Source of the DNA: a virus
Length of the DNA: 64,000 nucleotides
IMG/VR virus record: IMGVR_UViG_3300020419_000923
Span: 2,703-66,702 of that record
Direction: 5' to 3' (one strand)
The notes below the pieces were generated by a model, which saw nothing but the letters and a program-made list of their open reading frames with translations, had not been told where the DNA came from and did no database searches. Both the position numbers and the translations under genes were made by a program. Each line of letters opens with the position of its first letter. The stretch's first letter is position 1. Shown in pieces: positions 27,596-37,740 of the stretch.

Positions 27596-28359
27596 TAGTC
27601 CCTTCTTTCTATGTCTTCTTCTATACATTCACCCCATTGTACTTCAAGTACATGGGCATCTTCCTTGCCAATGTTTGATGCTTTATGCCAAACTTCTTTG
27701 CCTATTTGATAAGCTATACTATTAGGTTTAAGGTAAACCTCAGTCTTTCTATCTTGCCACTCGGTTACCATACATACTGATCCTTCAAGCACAGTCCATA
27801 CTTCACTGCGTTTGAAATGCTTTTGATCACTCAAACATTTACCAGGATATATTACAAGTTCTTTTACCTTATATCCTTTTGACGGCTTGTCATCTAACAC
27901 TCTCCAATAACCCCAGTCTCTATTTGTTTTTTGTGTTTTCCATTCGTCTAATATCCAACTAGAAGAATTTAATTTGTTTTCTCCACCTACTCCGTACACG
28001 AATTTTATTTGATTACTATAAATCATTTCTTCTGGTACAACACCTTTTTTTCTATCGCCGCCATTAGCAAAAATAATATCGTGTCCACTACCGCTAGTAC
28101 ACATCAACTTAAAAATAGCATGATTAGCTGTATCGTCATCATCCTCAAAAGAAATTACATCATCTACCATTTCAAGAGATTGTATAATTTTAAGTCTTTC
28201 TTGGAATGGTAAAAAGGGTCTACCTTTTTTTCTAGTTAGCCAATCATCTGAATTGATTCCTACAACCAAAATATCTCCAAGTTTCTTTGCTTCAGTAAAA
28301 TACTCAATGTGGCCTGAATGAACAGGATCGAAACCTCCAGTTACCAAAACTACTTTCAT
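27595..28359 (-). CDS. Cytidylyltransferase fused to a mannose-6-P-isomerase-type cupin
   Basis: TGGFDPVHSGH, NSDDWLTRKKG, FANGGDR; RDWGYW, LSDQKH..RSEVW, EEDIER. Confidence 0.8.
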   Translation of the reverse strand: MKVVLVTGGFDPVHSGHIEYFTEAKKLGDILVVGINSDDWLTRKKGRPFLPFQERLKIIQSLEMVDDVISFEDDDDTANHAIFKLMCTSGSGHDIIFANGGDRKKGVVPEEMIYSNQIKFVYGVGGENKLNSSSWILDEWKTQKTNRDWGYWRVLDDKPSKGYKVKELVIYPGKCLSDQKHFKRSEVWTVLEGSVCMVTEWQDRKTEVYLKPNSIAYQIGKEVWHKASNIGKEDAHVLEVQWGECIEEDIERRD

Positions 28360-28379
28360 AACTATACTTATTTTTCCTT

Positions 28380-29051
28380 TTACTTACTGGTTGTTGATTT
28401 GATACCTTGGCACTTGGTTATATAAGGTTTATAACTTCTTATCCATGGACATAACTGTTTACACATAATCGCATCGTTAGGCCACCAACCTATTTCTTCT
28501 TGTAATCGCATGATCTCTCTGGCCGCATCTGGATAAAGTACATAAGCACTATGTCCTGGAAGTCCCTGAGGTATATTTTTATCAGCTAACCAAGGTACTT
28601 CGTTAATACCTTCTTCTAGTGCTCTATCATATTCTTTTGCTGAAAAGGTTGCTCCAATGGGATCGTTAATACTTACAGCACCTTCTCCTGGCCACCAATC
28701 CATAATTTTCATATCAAACTTTTTTATAAAAATAGCATCATGTTCTAATATAAGAATGGGTCTATTTAATGTAGCACACTTACGCCATAACATGTAATGA
28801 CTCTGTGCCGCCGCTATGCGTTTATTGTTATCATAAGTTTTATACGCTGACAGTAGTAGTTTTGTCTTTTCACACACTTTCTTTTTACGTAATGGCCATG
28901 TGTAATTTACTTGCCACATGTTTTCTGGAGTGATTGCTGGAAACTTTTCTACTGTTAATTCTGATTCAGTATCAATAATACTTTGTACACAACGGTCAGA
29001 AAACTTTTCACTATCCTCGTGTCCTTGTATGTATATTACGTATGCTTCCAT
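28380..29051 (-). CDS. Glycosyltransferase family 25-like
   Basis: AYVIYI, SHYMLW, ILEHDA, SAYVL.P.AA. Confidence 0.7.
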   Translation of the reverse strand: MEAYVIYIQGHEDSEKFSDRCVQSIIDTESELTVEKFPAITPENMWQVNYTWPLRKKKVCEKTKLLLSAYKTYDNNKRIAAAQSHYMLWRKCATLNRPILILEHDAIFIKKFDMKIMDWWPGEGAVSINDPIGATFSAKEYDRALEEGINEVPWLADKNIPQGLPGHSAYVLYPDAAREIMRLQEEIGWWPNDAIMCKQLCPWIRSYKPYITKCQGIKSTTSK

Positions 29052-29644
29052 TTGACTTTTAATATATAACTATCTGGAACATTCTTGCTACTAAAATCAT
29101 GATGGCTTACTTCATGTTTGTTTATAACACTCATAAGTTGGTTATATTTTTCCATTGTAAAATCATTAGGGTGACTCTTTATCCAATGGTGATTTAAGTC
29201 TACCTTATCTAGCATCCATACATCTTCAATATAGTAACTTCCTTGTGGTTTAAGGAATTCAAATAATCTTTGAAATGTAAGGCGTTGTCCTTCTGGAGTA
29301 TGTAATCCATCATCTATAATAAAATCAAACTTTAATCCTTGATTTAAAAAATGTTTATTACATGAGTCTGCTGTACTATCTAATTGGGCCCATTGTACTC
29401 TTGGATCTTCTAAGCATGGTAAATCTTTAGCTTCTACCCTTTCAAAAGTATCTATAGTGTAAATCTTGGCTTGTGGAAAATACTCTAACCAAGCGTTAGT
29501 GCTTTCTCCTTTGAACGTTCCTATTTCTAATATGTTGATATTATCATTTTTATATTTTGTAAAATCTTCTTGATACAATTCCCAATATCTATGCTTCATA
29601 CCTTTATCGCATTTATGTTTTACAAAAACTTCTTTAAGATTCAT
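29036..29644 (-). CDS. SAM-dependent methyltransferase
   Basis: ILEIGTFKGES, FDFIIDDGLH, YYIEDV. Confidence 0.8.
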   Translation of the reverse strand: MNLKEVFVKHKCDKGMKHRYWELYQEDFTKYKNDNINILEIGTFKGESTNAWLEYFPQAKIYTIDTFERVEAKDLPCLEDPRVQWAQLDSTADSCNKHFLNQGLKFDFIIDDGLHTPEGQRLTFQRLFEFLKPQGSYYIEDVWMLDKVDLNHHWIKSHPNDFTMEKYNQLMSVINKHEVSHHDFSSKNVPDSYILKVKWKHT

Positions 29645-29659
29645 AATCTTTTCTCCATG

Positions 29660-30352
29660 TTATTTAATCTCTTTAGCAAAACCATGTACACTGGTGTGAA
29701 TTCCACCATATGGCGCACTCAGCACTTGATACCAACCCCATTCGTTTGGCAAAAGCTCACAGTTTTTGTTAAGCTGTAATACACTAGCAGTATCAAAATG
29801 TTTTCGATGATGTATGATTAAAGAACTAGGTAAAAAATGAAACCAATCGTTGTTGATGTCATTTTCGTCTTTTGGAAGTTCATGAAGTTTGCCTGATCCA
29901 AAATTTGGTCCTCTATTATCTCTTACCATAAAGCCAATAGGTCCTTGCTCAAAGGCTTTTCTATACCAATGATGTAGATCAACCTGTCTATCTATTTGTG
30001 TATTCCAATCAAGTCTAATTATTAGATTAAATTCTTTAGGAATTTTTCTTAATAGATCACAATGCTGTAGAATAGGTACAGTACCAAAATATAACTTATC
30101 CCAACTTAATTTTTTTTCAACATAGTTTTTAAACTTTCCATGCTTACATATATTTGCTACTTCCATTGGATGATAATGCCATTTTGGATAGTGCATGGTA
30201 AACAAATTATCATGTAGTTCTTTAGGAATAAGATTAGTTTTGTTAGTAAATGTATGATAAAAATAAGTTGCTTCAGGAACCTTTTCCTTCATAAACTTTA
30301 CTATACGACTATTTTTATCATTTACACCAGATATACAAACTGCTAGTCGCAT
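29660..30352 (-). CDS. Hypothetical protein in the glycosylation island
   Basis: MRLAVCISG, IIRLDWN; context. Confidence 0.55.
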   Translation of the reverse strand: MRLAVCISGVNDKNSRIVKFMKEKVPEATYFYHTFTNKTNLIPKELHDNLFTMHYPKWHYHPMEVANICKHGKFKNYVEKKLSWDKLYFGTVPILQHCDLLRKIPKEFNLIIRLDWNTQIDRQVDLHHWYRKAFEQGPIGFMVRDNRGPNFGSGKLHELPKDENDINNDWFHFLPSSLIIHHRKHFDTASVLQLNKNCELLPNEWGWYQVLSAPYGGIHTSVHGFAKEIK

Positions 30353-30363
30353 TACATTTTTTC

Positions 30364-30855
30364 CTACAATTCAGCTACAGCGTAAAAAGAATGATTTAAA
30401 TCATATCCATGTGTTACAAATACCTTGCTAAATTTCTTTGACTGAAAGTAATCTTCTATATGCTTTGGTTCTAATATGTGTACGTGCTTTCTATTATTCC
30501 AAGGCTTCCAATATCTTTGATCAGGATGAGGAAGATATAAAAAAATAATTCCTCCCTTATGTAATCTAGTAGACCAATGATTCAATGCTCCGACCCAGTC
30601 ATTCAAATGTTCTAAACAATGAGAAGAAAATATATAATCAAATTTTTCATTTGGTAAATTAAAAGCATCATACTCATCTGGTATGACTAAATCTATCATT
30701 CTTGCTCCAGGAAATGCCCATTCTTTTCTATTTGGTCCAATGTCTATACCTTTTCCTGTTAGCACTTGTTTAGCAAAAGGAAACGCATATTGTGCCGCAT
30801 ATCCTTTAGATTGTAATTCTAAATATTCTTTTCCGTCATACTTAATAGTATTCAT
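30364..30855 (-). CDS. Class I methyltransferase (type 11-like)
   Basis: GIDIG, FDYIFSSHCLEH, GGIIFLYLP. Confidence 0.8.
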   Translation of the reverse strand: MNTIKYDGKEYLELQSKGYAAQYAFPFAKQVLTGKGIDIGPNRKEWAFPGARMIDLVIPDEYDAFNLPNEKFDYIFSSHCLEHLNDWVGALNHWSTRLHKGGIIFLYLPHPDQRYWKPWNNRKHVHILEPKHIEDYFQSKKFSKVFVTHGYDLNHSFYAVAEL

Positions 30856-31648
30856 TTATCTTAACCCCGTTATCTTTAAACATCTTTAAATGATGTTCCC
30901 ATTTATCCCATGGTCTGTTAGTATATATGTATATGTCTTCCGGCTTAAAGAAACACTGAGACAGATGCATATAACCGCTGTCTACACCAATATGAGCTCT
31001 AGCTTTACTCATAGCATAACCTGCCATAGGTGCTCTCTGTAGCAATGGATGTGTAGCCTGTCCACCTAAGTAAATTGGCTTGTATCCTTTTGTAATCCAA
31101 AAGTTTAAAATGTTATTCATTTGATCTGGTTTTAGCATACGTTTTTTACTTCCAGCATCTACTTGAACTGTAACAAATTTTTCTGGCAACAAACTTTTTT
31201 CTGCTTCTGGATACGGACATTCTGGTTTCAAACAAGGATAAGATTTCATATATTCGTCGACATAAAAACTTGGCTGAATGACTTTTTGAATCTTACCAGG
31301 ATATTTTTCGTAGTAATGTAAAACTGCGTCTGGATGTTCTTGTTTTACTAAATCAAAAAATCCTTGATCCTGATTAGTCTCAGATTTATATCTATACCAT
31401 TTTAATTGTACACTATCTTTAGGAAATAAATTAATTACTTCTGTCCATGTTTGAGGCTTATCTCTATTGTATTGATGCCCTGCTATATGTAACGTTGCCG
31501 GTTCATTAAAGGCTTGTCCGTAGTTATAAGTTAATAAAGTTGAGTGTACAATATCTCCAAATCCAGGACAACCGTAAGGAAGATCCTTAATCCTTGTACT
31601 CATATATCTCATTACAACGTGTTTCATTATCTTCTCTCTAAGACACAA
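30842..31648 (-). CDS. Glycosyltransferase-like protein (GT9/heptosyltransferase-like)
   Basis: GFGDIV at the N-terminus and HIGVDSGYMHLS. Confidence 0.55.
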   Translation of the reverse strand: MCLREKIMKHVVMRYMSTRIKDLPYGCPGFGDIVHSTLLTYNYGQAFNEPATLHIAGHQYNRDKPQTWTEVINLFPKDSVQLKWYRYKSETNQDQGFFDLVKQEHPDAVLHYYEKYPGKIQKVIQPSFYVDEYMKSYPCLKPECPYPEAEKSLLPEKFVTVQVDAGSKKRMLKPDQMNNILNFWITKGYKPIYLGGQATHPLLQRAPMAGYAMSKARAHIGVDSGYMHLSQCFFKPEDIYIYTNRPWDKWEHHLKMFKDNGVKINEYY

Positions 31649-32163
31649 TATCCGTAACTTTTGTCGTCTAAGATATTCATTTTATATTTTCCCCTAGCAA
31701 CACATTCGTCTATAGCTCTTTTTATTTCGTGGTAATTACTATCATGGAAAACTAGATACTTAGATATACTGTTTTCATATCTACGTATTTCTTTATTTAC
31801 ATGCTTGTAATGATGCATACTATCAATCAAAGTCATTTCGCATTCATTAACAGGACACACTAGACTGTCGCTTTCAACAAATGAAACATTGTATCCGTCA
31901 AATACATGTTTATGATTATTAAGATGTTGGAAGCTTCTGTCTATCAACTCTGCTTTTATATTAGCATTACCTGATAACACCGCCGCGGCTGATCCGCCTT
32001 GCATTACTCCTAGCTCTCTATAACTATTACATTCACCTGCTAGTTTTTGTAAAGTATCGTAGTATCTTAAAAAATCGTCTTTATAATGACTACGATAAAA
32101 TTCTCTTATTTCATTATAAAACTGTTTTAGGTCTTTACAGTGACCAAACTCGTTTACGTTCAT
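31627..32163 (-). CDS. Methyltransferase-like protein
   Basis: ELGVMQGGS, LIDSMHHY, LVFHDS. Confidence 0.65.
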   Translation of the reverse strand: MNVNEFGHCKDLKQFYNEIREFYRSHYKDDFLRYYDTLQKLAGECNSYRELGVMQGGSAAAVLSGNANIKAELIDRSFQHLNNHKHVFDGYNVSFVESDSLVCPVNECEMTLIDSMHHYKHVNKEIRRYENSISKYLVFHDSNYHEIKRAIDECVARGKYKMNILDDKSYGYCVLERR

Positions 32164-32945
32164 TTGATTGCCTCCATTAGTGTTGAAACGTTTTCTCCTC
32201 TTTCAGGAAGCAGATCTTTTAGGAAAAAATGTACAAAAAATGCTTCTGATAGTCTGTTGTCTTCTATTCCTTTGTATAGGCCGTTATATCTCCAGTCTAA
32301 ATTCTTAGTAGGTATACCTTCTTTTTTTACCCACCAGTTTAATAACATTTGGTCAGTTGACCATTTTTTATAACCGACGCCGTCTACAAAGTCTTTGAAT
32401 TCTGGTCTTGAAATAAATTCTTTAGCAGTTTGATTTTTTAAGTATGGTAAAAACTTTTTACTATTCATTACCATTAATCCCATATTGTAAAATTCTGCTC
32501 CTAGATGATTCCATTTCCAATCAACATCATCTAGATGTTCAAATGCCGCTTTAGAATATTTTCTTATTTTAGATTTATATTTTTTAGCACAAGGTAATTC
32601 TCTTTCTGCTACTGCTCCAAATGCGTACTCTTCAGTTAGAGAATCAAAAATATTAGGAGCACCTTCTTTTATATAAATGTCACTATCTATTATAGCAATT
32701 TGATCGTAATTTTTTAAATGAGTAAAAGCATTCTCTTTTTCATATATAGGAAGATATCCTAGTCTATTAACTGCTTCTTTACTTCTTCCTGTTCTAGTTT
32801 CGTCTGGACGTATTTTAAGTATTGGTTCGTTTTGTACAATGTGTATTATGCCAAACTTGGCACAGTATTTACTAACACTCTCTATACAATGTAGATATAA
32901 CTTGCTTTGTGATCCCACAGCTACTTGATAAATCATTCTATTCAT
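32160..32945 (-). CDS. GT-A glycosyltransferase
   Basis: IIDSDI, FYNMGLMV, DQMLLN, FFVHFF. Confidence 0.7.
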   Translation of the reverse strand: MNRMIYQVAVGSQSKLYLHCIESVSKYCAKFGIIHIVQNEPILKIRPDETRTGRSKEAVNRLGYLPIYEKENAFTHLKNYDQIAIIDSDIYIKEGAPNIFDSLTEEYAFGAVAERELPCAKKYKSKIRKYSKAAFEHLDDVDWKWNHLGAEFYNMGLMVMNSKKFLPYLKNQTAKEFISRPEFKDFVDGVGYKKWSTDQMLLNWWVKKEGIPTKNLDWRYNGLYKGIEDNRLSEAFFVHFFLKDLLPERGENVSTLMEAIK

Positions 32946-33511
32946 GATAGGTCCCTAGTAAAGCTAACATCTGATTGAAATGTAACTTTGTTGTTTTTAT
33001 CAAATTTCATATCTACAATACCATCACACAGCATCCAGTCTGCTGGCATGGCTCCATTTTCAAATACCCAGTCTAGTAGTTTTCTAGCACCGTCTGGTGT
33101 TATATGATATGCTCTAGCACCCTCATACCAATTACCTGGTTTTATAGGTTTAGCTTTGTTAAATCCTTCAAACTTGTATACATCACAGTCTTCTATTTCT
33201 CCCATAGGTCTTTTAAAAATGACATCGTGTTCAAATATACACATAGGAGTCTGTGAAACAAAACACTTTTCCCATAATAGATATTGACTTAGGAAGCAAC
33301 CTTGTGTGCCGGGACGTTCTAGCAATCGCTGACACTTTTTATTAACTAAGGACGATCTTAAATTATAATCTTCTAATTTTACATTTGTACCATTGACTCC
33401 TTCGTATAGTTGCACTTTCCAACCATGTTTCTTAGCACTTTCCATTGCTCGTAAAGCCATAGCAACACTATCCTTGTAGTCTGGTAGATATATTAAATAA
33501 CCTTGTGTCAT
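32942..33511 (-). CDS. Glycosyltransferase family 25-like
   Basis: GCFLSQYLLW, IFEHD, AYHITPDGARKL, PADW. Confidence 0.75.
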   Translation of the reverse strand: MTQGYLIYLPDYKDSVAMALRAMESAKKHGWKVQLYEGVNGTNVKLEDYNLRSSLVNKKCQRLLERPGTQGCFLSQYLLWEKCFVSQTPMCIFEHDVIFKRPMGEIEDCDVYKFEGFNKAKPIKPGNWYEGARAYHITPDGARKLLDWVFENGAMPADWMLCDGIVDMKFDKNNKVTFQSDVSFTRDLS

Positions 33512-33675
33512 CTGTCTTTAAGTTCCTTCAAGTTTTTAATCTTCCATTCATCTGTTGTACTTTGTAATCCCCATTTTTCAATCTCTTCACTTGTTCTATT
33601 ACAAGCTACACAAAAGCCACTATCTTCGTCAATACTACAAACACTTATACAAGGACTTTTAATTTCTTCTGGCAT
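33508..33675 (-). CDS. DUF1289-type small Cys-rich (Fe-S-like) protein
   Basis: SPCISVCSID..GFCVACNRTSEEIEKW; start probably MPEEIK at 33675. Confidence 0.75.
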   Translation of the reverse strand: MPEEIKSPCISVCSIDEDSGFCVACNRTSEEIEKWGLQSTTDEWKIKNLKELKDR

Positions 33676-33680
33676 ACATT

Positions 33681-34529
33681 TTATGGAAGATTTAACACTT
33701 CCTTTTTTATAATTTCTTTCCAATGTTCAGGAAGCCAATTCATCTGGGCCGCCTTAAATCTTCTATCGTCTTTTTTACTTCCTTTGCCTGTTGAAAAAAT
33801 ATCATATCTTTTCTGTCCCCAAGCATTCCATTGGTACGGAATATATTCAAATTTTTCTTCCATATTATTCCATTCGGTCATTGTTGCTCTTAACACATCT
33901 TGATCTACAAACCAATAAATTTCTCTTTTAAAAGCCTCTATCATATTGTTACTAAAAAGTTTTCTAAACTTGATTCCTGTACTGCCTTGACCTAAGCAAA
34001 GTGCACTAGCAATAAAAACTCCTGGATCTTTTGGCTTGGGCATGACTGCTACATTTTTTGCCATGTCTCTAAAATCCTTTTGATGGAATCCGTTTCTTAG
34101 TACTGTATCACAATCTAATTGAAATATATATTGGTCGTCAGCTTTAAACAATTCATGTAATCGCATAAATCTAGCACTTGCTAGATATGTTCTTCTAGCT
34201 ATATAATCTAAATCGCCTGTCTTAAATATGTCTTGACCTTCCTTCATTCTTTTTGTATTTTTCTTCAAGTCTTTGTAAAGTTGTTCCGAAACGTGTTCGT
34301 ACGAATACGTAAAATTGAATTGTCTAGTTAGGTCATCTAACACTATTTGGTTCATATTACCTTCGTTAATTATATGGCAGTGAACGTGTATCCAACCTAT
34401 TGTTCTGTTTATACTTTGTGCTAATGCGTATCCGTGCCTATCAAAATAATCGTAGTCACAACTAAAAAATATAATATCTTTTGCTTTGTTAGGAACATTA
34501 TGTCCATGTAGTTTTGGTAGCTCAAACAT
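33681..34529 (-). CDS. GT-A-like glycosyltransferase
   Basis: FFSCDYDY, ASARF, QLDCD, WFVDQDVL. Confidence 0.55.
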   Translation of the reverse strand: MFELPKLHGHNVPNKAKDIIFFSCDYDYFDRHGYALAQSINRTIGWIHVHCHIINEGNMNQIVLDDLTRQFNFTYSYEHVSEQLYKDLKKNTKRMKEGQDIFKTGDLDYIARRTYLASARFMRLHELFKADDQYIFQLDCDTVLRNGFHQKDFRDMAKNVAVMPKPKDPGVFIASALCLGQGSTGIKFRKLFSNNMIEAFKREIYWFVDQDVLRATMTEWNNMEEKFEYIPYQWNAWGQKRYDIFSTGKGSKKDDRRFKAAQMNWLPEHWKEIIKKEVLNLP

Positions 34530-35202
34530 CTGGACTCATTTCTGGTCTATATGCTAATACTGCATTTTTTTCGCCCTTGCCTAATTTTCTAACCATTCTA
34601 TATCCTATGTCCATAAGTACACTTCTTATACTTTCTCTTTCGAACCCATATCTAGCAGGGTGATCTTTTCTTTCATATAAAATTATTGGTTTACATCTTT
34701 TTAAGGTTTCAATTGCTCCTTTAGCAATCAACGGTTCATATCCTTCTGCGTCAATTTTAATGAAGTCTACGTTTTGTAAATTAAAAGAATCTAATGTTTT
34801 GACTTTATATTTTCCTTTAGTAGCATTGGGGTCTACATGAGTACTAAAACTTTTATGTGTTTCAATAATGTCTACATCTTTTTCTGTATCACCAAGACCA
34901 ACAGGATGAGTTGTTACATTATAAACTTTTTTCATATCTAGATTATATAATAAACTGGGTAATAGTTTTGTGTTTACTTCATAAGCGTGAACGTGTTCAA
35001 ATGATTGACTTAATCTAAAAGAAGTTATTCCGACATGAGCTCCGATATCTACTGCTATTCTAAGTTTAGCACAGTGAGAAATTGCTGTTTGTAATTCCCA
35101 ATTTTGATATTCCTCAATTTTTCCGTTGCCTTGTTTTTTAGCACTTTTAAGACAAATGTCTTGAGGTATAGTTCTCCAACCATCTAGTTCTACATAACTC
35201 AT
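34522..35202 (-). CDS. FkbM-family methyltransferase
   Basis: VDIGAHVG, TLDSF, DFIKIDAEGYE, KPIILYE. Confidence 0.88.
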   Translation of the reverse strand: MSYVELDGWRTIPQDICLKSAKKQGNGKIEEYQNWELQTAISHCAKLRIAVDIGAHVGITSFRLSQSFEHVHAYEVNTKLLPSLLYNLDMKKVYNVTTHPVGLGDTEKDVDIIETHKSFSTHVDPNATKGKYKVKTLDSFNLQNVDFIKIDAEGYEPLIAKGAIETLKRCKPIILYERKDHPARYGFERESIRSVLMDIGYRMVRKLGKGEKNAVLAYRPEMSPDV

Positions 35203-35978
35203 CTATTAACCTGATACTCAAATGTTAGGTCCCATGCTATGCCATTAGTATATTCATCTCTATTGAATTGGCTCCATGCTATGTGTTCTAACATTTCCTT
35301 TCTATTAAAATTTGTTTTATTTTGCCAGTGTTGAACAGCACTTTGTCCTAGTATTTCAATTGGTTTTCCTAAACACAATGCTTCAACAGCCGCCATGCTA
35401 TGATACGTTATAACTTTTTTTGAGTTTGACATCATAGGCAAAATTTCTTCATATCTTTTCCTGCGTTTCTTTTTCCCTTTTTCTCTTACAACTAAAGGAA
35501 CATCTAATGAACTATAATAGTCTAACGTTTTTTGTTTCCAACTATCATAATCTTCTCCTAAGTATTTAAAGATATTGGACTGGTTGGGTAGCACAATCAG
35601 GTTGTAATCTCCATCTAGATTCCAATCATCAGACCAAAGTTTATCATCAATTTCAAGAAGATTAATCCTGCTATGAGATACTTTTTTTACTGTGGTATTT
35701 TGTAAAGAATTGTAACTTATTCTATAGTGCCAAGGTGTTTTATGCCTATGGTTACCTATATATCCGTTATCAATATGAAAGAAGTTTATTTTCTTATCTT
35801 TAATAATAGCATCAAACACCCAATCATCAAAAGGATGACTGAATGCTAGATACCTATCTTTTTCTATTTCTTCAGGACCACTGATTGTTTTTACATCACA
35901 AAGCCTATATAGGTGTGTGAAAAGTTGTCCTCTTAATTTTCTACTATTTTCTGGAACTTGAAACTTATAATGACGCAT
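35199..35978 (-). CDS. KpsC/KpsS-like protein, paralog D
   Basis: FHIDNGY, VVREK, VITYHSMAAVEALCLGKP, IAWSQFNRDEY..G.AW. Confidence 0.55.
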   Translation of the reverse strand: MRHYKFQVPENSRKLRGQLFTHLYRLCDVKTISGPEEIEKDRYLAFSHPFDDWVFDAIIKDKKINFFHIDNGYIGNHRHKTPWHYRISYNSLQNTTVKKVSHSRINLLEIDDKLWSDDWNLDGDYNLIVLPNQSNIFKYLGEDYDSWKQKTLDYYSSLDVPLVVREKGKKKRRKRYEEILPMMSNSKKVITYHSMAAVEALCLGKPIEILGQSAVQHWQNKTNFNRKEMLEHIAWSQFNRDEYTNGIAWDLTFEYQVNR

Positions 35979-36420
35979 CTTCCATGCCTGCTACTCTTAA
36001 CTTGACTACATTGGTTATCTGCCACTGTTTTTGATCAAGTCCTTTTAACAAGCCAAGCCATTTATTTCTTAGAAGTGCAAACTCATTGATAATTTTTTCG
36101 TAGTCTACTATATCAGCTTCTCCGTCAACATATTTTTCAACATCTCTACTAGAAAGAGCTCTTTGATAGTTTTCTAAATATTTCTTGAAATATGTACTTC
36201 GTAGCCTACGTAATTCGATATTTAGATAATTTAAAATTGCTTCAATTTCTTGAAGTTGCTGGAAACGCTGTTCTACTATGCCAGGAAGTTCAGCCGCCGC
36301 ACGTTCAACATTACCTTTCAGCTTTGTTTCTACTCTTGCGGCACTCAACTCACTTTCAAAGTGTTGAATAGCGTCTGGTATCTTATTGATATCTCTTGCT
36401 ACATCAGAGTAATATCCCAT
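35965..36420 (-). CDS. uvsY: Recombination mediator UvsY-like
   Basis: KYLENYQRALSSRDVEKYVDGE; helical; near uvsX. Confidence 0.75.
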   Translation of the reverse strand: MGYYSDVARDINKIPDAIQHFESELSAARVETKLKGNVERAAAELPGIVEQRFQQLQEIEAILNYLNIELRRLRSTYFKKYLENYQRALSSRDVEKYVDGEADIVDYEKIINEFALLRNKWLGLLKGLDQKQWQITNVVKLRVAGMEDASL

Positions 36421-36666
36421 TTACCTATCCCAGTCTTCTGGGTCCTGTTCGTCATAATCTTCAGGATCTTCCATATCTAAATAATATGAAATTGCCGCAT
36501 CAAGATTATCACAGTTACCCATAGCATCTCTAAAAGCAGTATCGTCTGTTCCAAAGTCAGCACATACGTCTACATATCTTTCTGCTACTGTTTCAATAGC
36601 TTTCTTATCGATATTTTCTTTGAATGTATTCCAGATATCGACTATCATACTTGATTCCATTGTCAC
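36421..36666 (-). CDS. Small acidic hypothetical protein
   Basis: 81 aa between uvsX and uvsY. Confidence 0.6.
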   Translation of the reverse strand: MTMESSMIVDIWNTFKENIDKKAIETVAERYVDVCADFGTDDTAFRDAMGNCDNLDAAISYYLDMEDPEDYDEQDPEDWDR

Positions 36667-37727
36667 TCCTGTTCGGTTTTTACTGGTTCTTCGACCTTGG
36701 TATTTACCACAGAATCATCTTTGGCGTGTAAATTAGACATAATCATATCCAACATGTCACCTGTCCAGTTTTTTCGATATTCCTTATGTTCTTCGCCTTT
36801 GACATCAATGTATTTTAGCCTATTTCCATCCTTTACTAGTAAGCCTTTTTTCTCAAACAAATCAACCAATCCACTATATGGATTCATTCCTGTCTCGTAT
36901 GGAATTTTAACTTGTACGCCTTCAAACGGTTTAGCATATCTAGTTTTCATTACCTTACAGCCAGCTCTGATACCACGTACATCAGTTACTTTGTTGCCGT
37001 CTTCGTCTTCTTTTAGTTTTAGTTTTTTCATTGCTACAACAATACTAGACGCATATATAAAGCCTTGTCCACCTGATATTTTATCATCAGGATCAAACAT
37101 ATCTTGTGATGCGTAAGTATGATTAGTACATACTAGTCCTACATTATGCGAACCAATCATGTTAACAGTATTTCTTACAAGTGATGTAAGTGCCTTAGGT
37201 TTTCTACCCATGTCACCTTTCATATCACCTTTGTTAAACTGATCTACGTCTGTAGGAGTAAGTAACATACCCAAACTATCAATAACAAATAATACCTTAG
37301 GACGATCTTCCTCTGGCATTGCTTTGTAGTCTATCATAAATGTTGATACTGTTTTAGCAACATCATCAATCATTGACATATTAAGTTTAAGTAGTTTTTC
37401 TTCGCTTGTATCAACGTCTAGTGCTTGTAACCAAGTTTCATCTAGTGCGTTTTCTGAATCGATTAATACAACAAAGATTCCTTGTTCCTGTGCCGCTTTT
37501 ACAATGTTACCAGCACAGATATAACTTTTACCTGCTCCTGATTCACCTGCGAACACAGTTACCTTACCCATTGGAACTCCTTTGTGAAAGTCTCCTGAGA
37601 TAAGATAGTTGAGTGCGTAGTTACCTGTACTAATCCAATCAGTCGGGTCATTGAATCCCGCACTCATGCCTGTAATGGATTTTGTTAGTTGTGTCCTAAA
37701 TTTGCTAGGATCAAAAGTTTTTGCCAT
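36663..37727 (-). CDS. uvsX: RecA-like recombinase UvsX
   Basis: ISTGNYALN, GESGAGKS, DSENALD, VIDSLG, SGGQGF. Confidence 0.93.
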   Translation of the reverse strand: MAKTFDPSKFRTQLTKSITGMSAGFNDPTDWISTGNYALNYLISGDFHKGVPMGKVTVFAGESGAGKSYICAGNIVKAAQEQGIFVVLIDSENALDETWLQALDVDTSEEKLLKLNMSMIDDVAKTVSTFMIDYKAMPEEDRPKVLFVIDSLGMLLTPTDVDQFNKGDMKGDMGRKPKALTSLVRNTVNMIGSHNVGLVCTNHTYASQDMFDPDDKISGGQGFIYASSIVVAMKKLKLKEDEDGNKVTDVRGIRAGCKVMKTRYAKPFEGVQVKIPYETGMNPYSGLVDLFEKKGLLVKDGNRLKYIDVKGEEHKEYRKNWTGDMLDMIMSNLHAKDDSVVNTKVEEPVKTEQE

Positions 37728-37740
37728 AATGCCTCCTTAA

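Noticed and set aside
17790-35978. Bacterial LPS locus or host contamination
   Set aside because: Interleaved with and overlapping T4-like core genes, with similar composition and Ala-Ala codon bias
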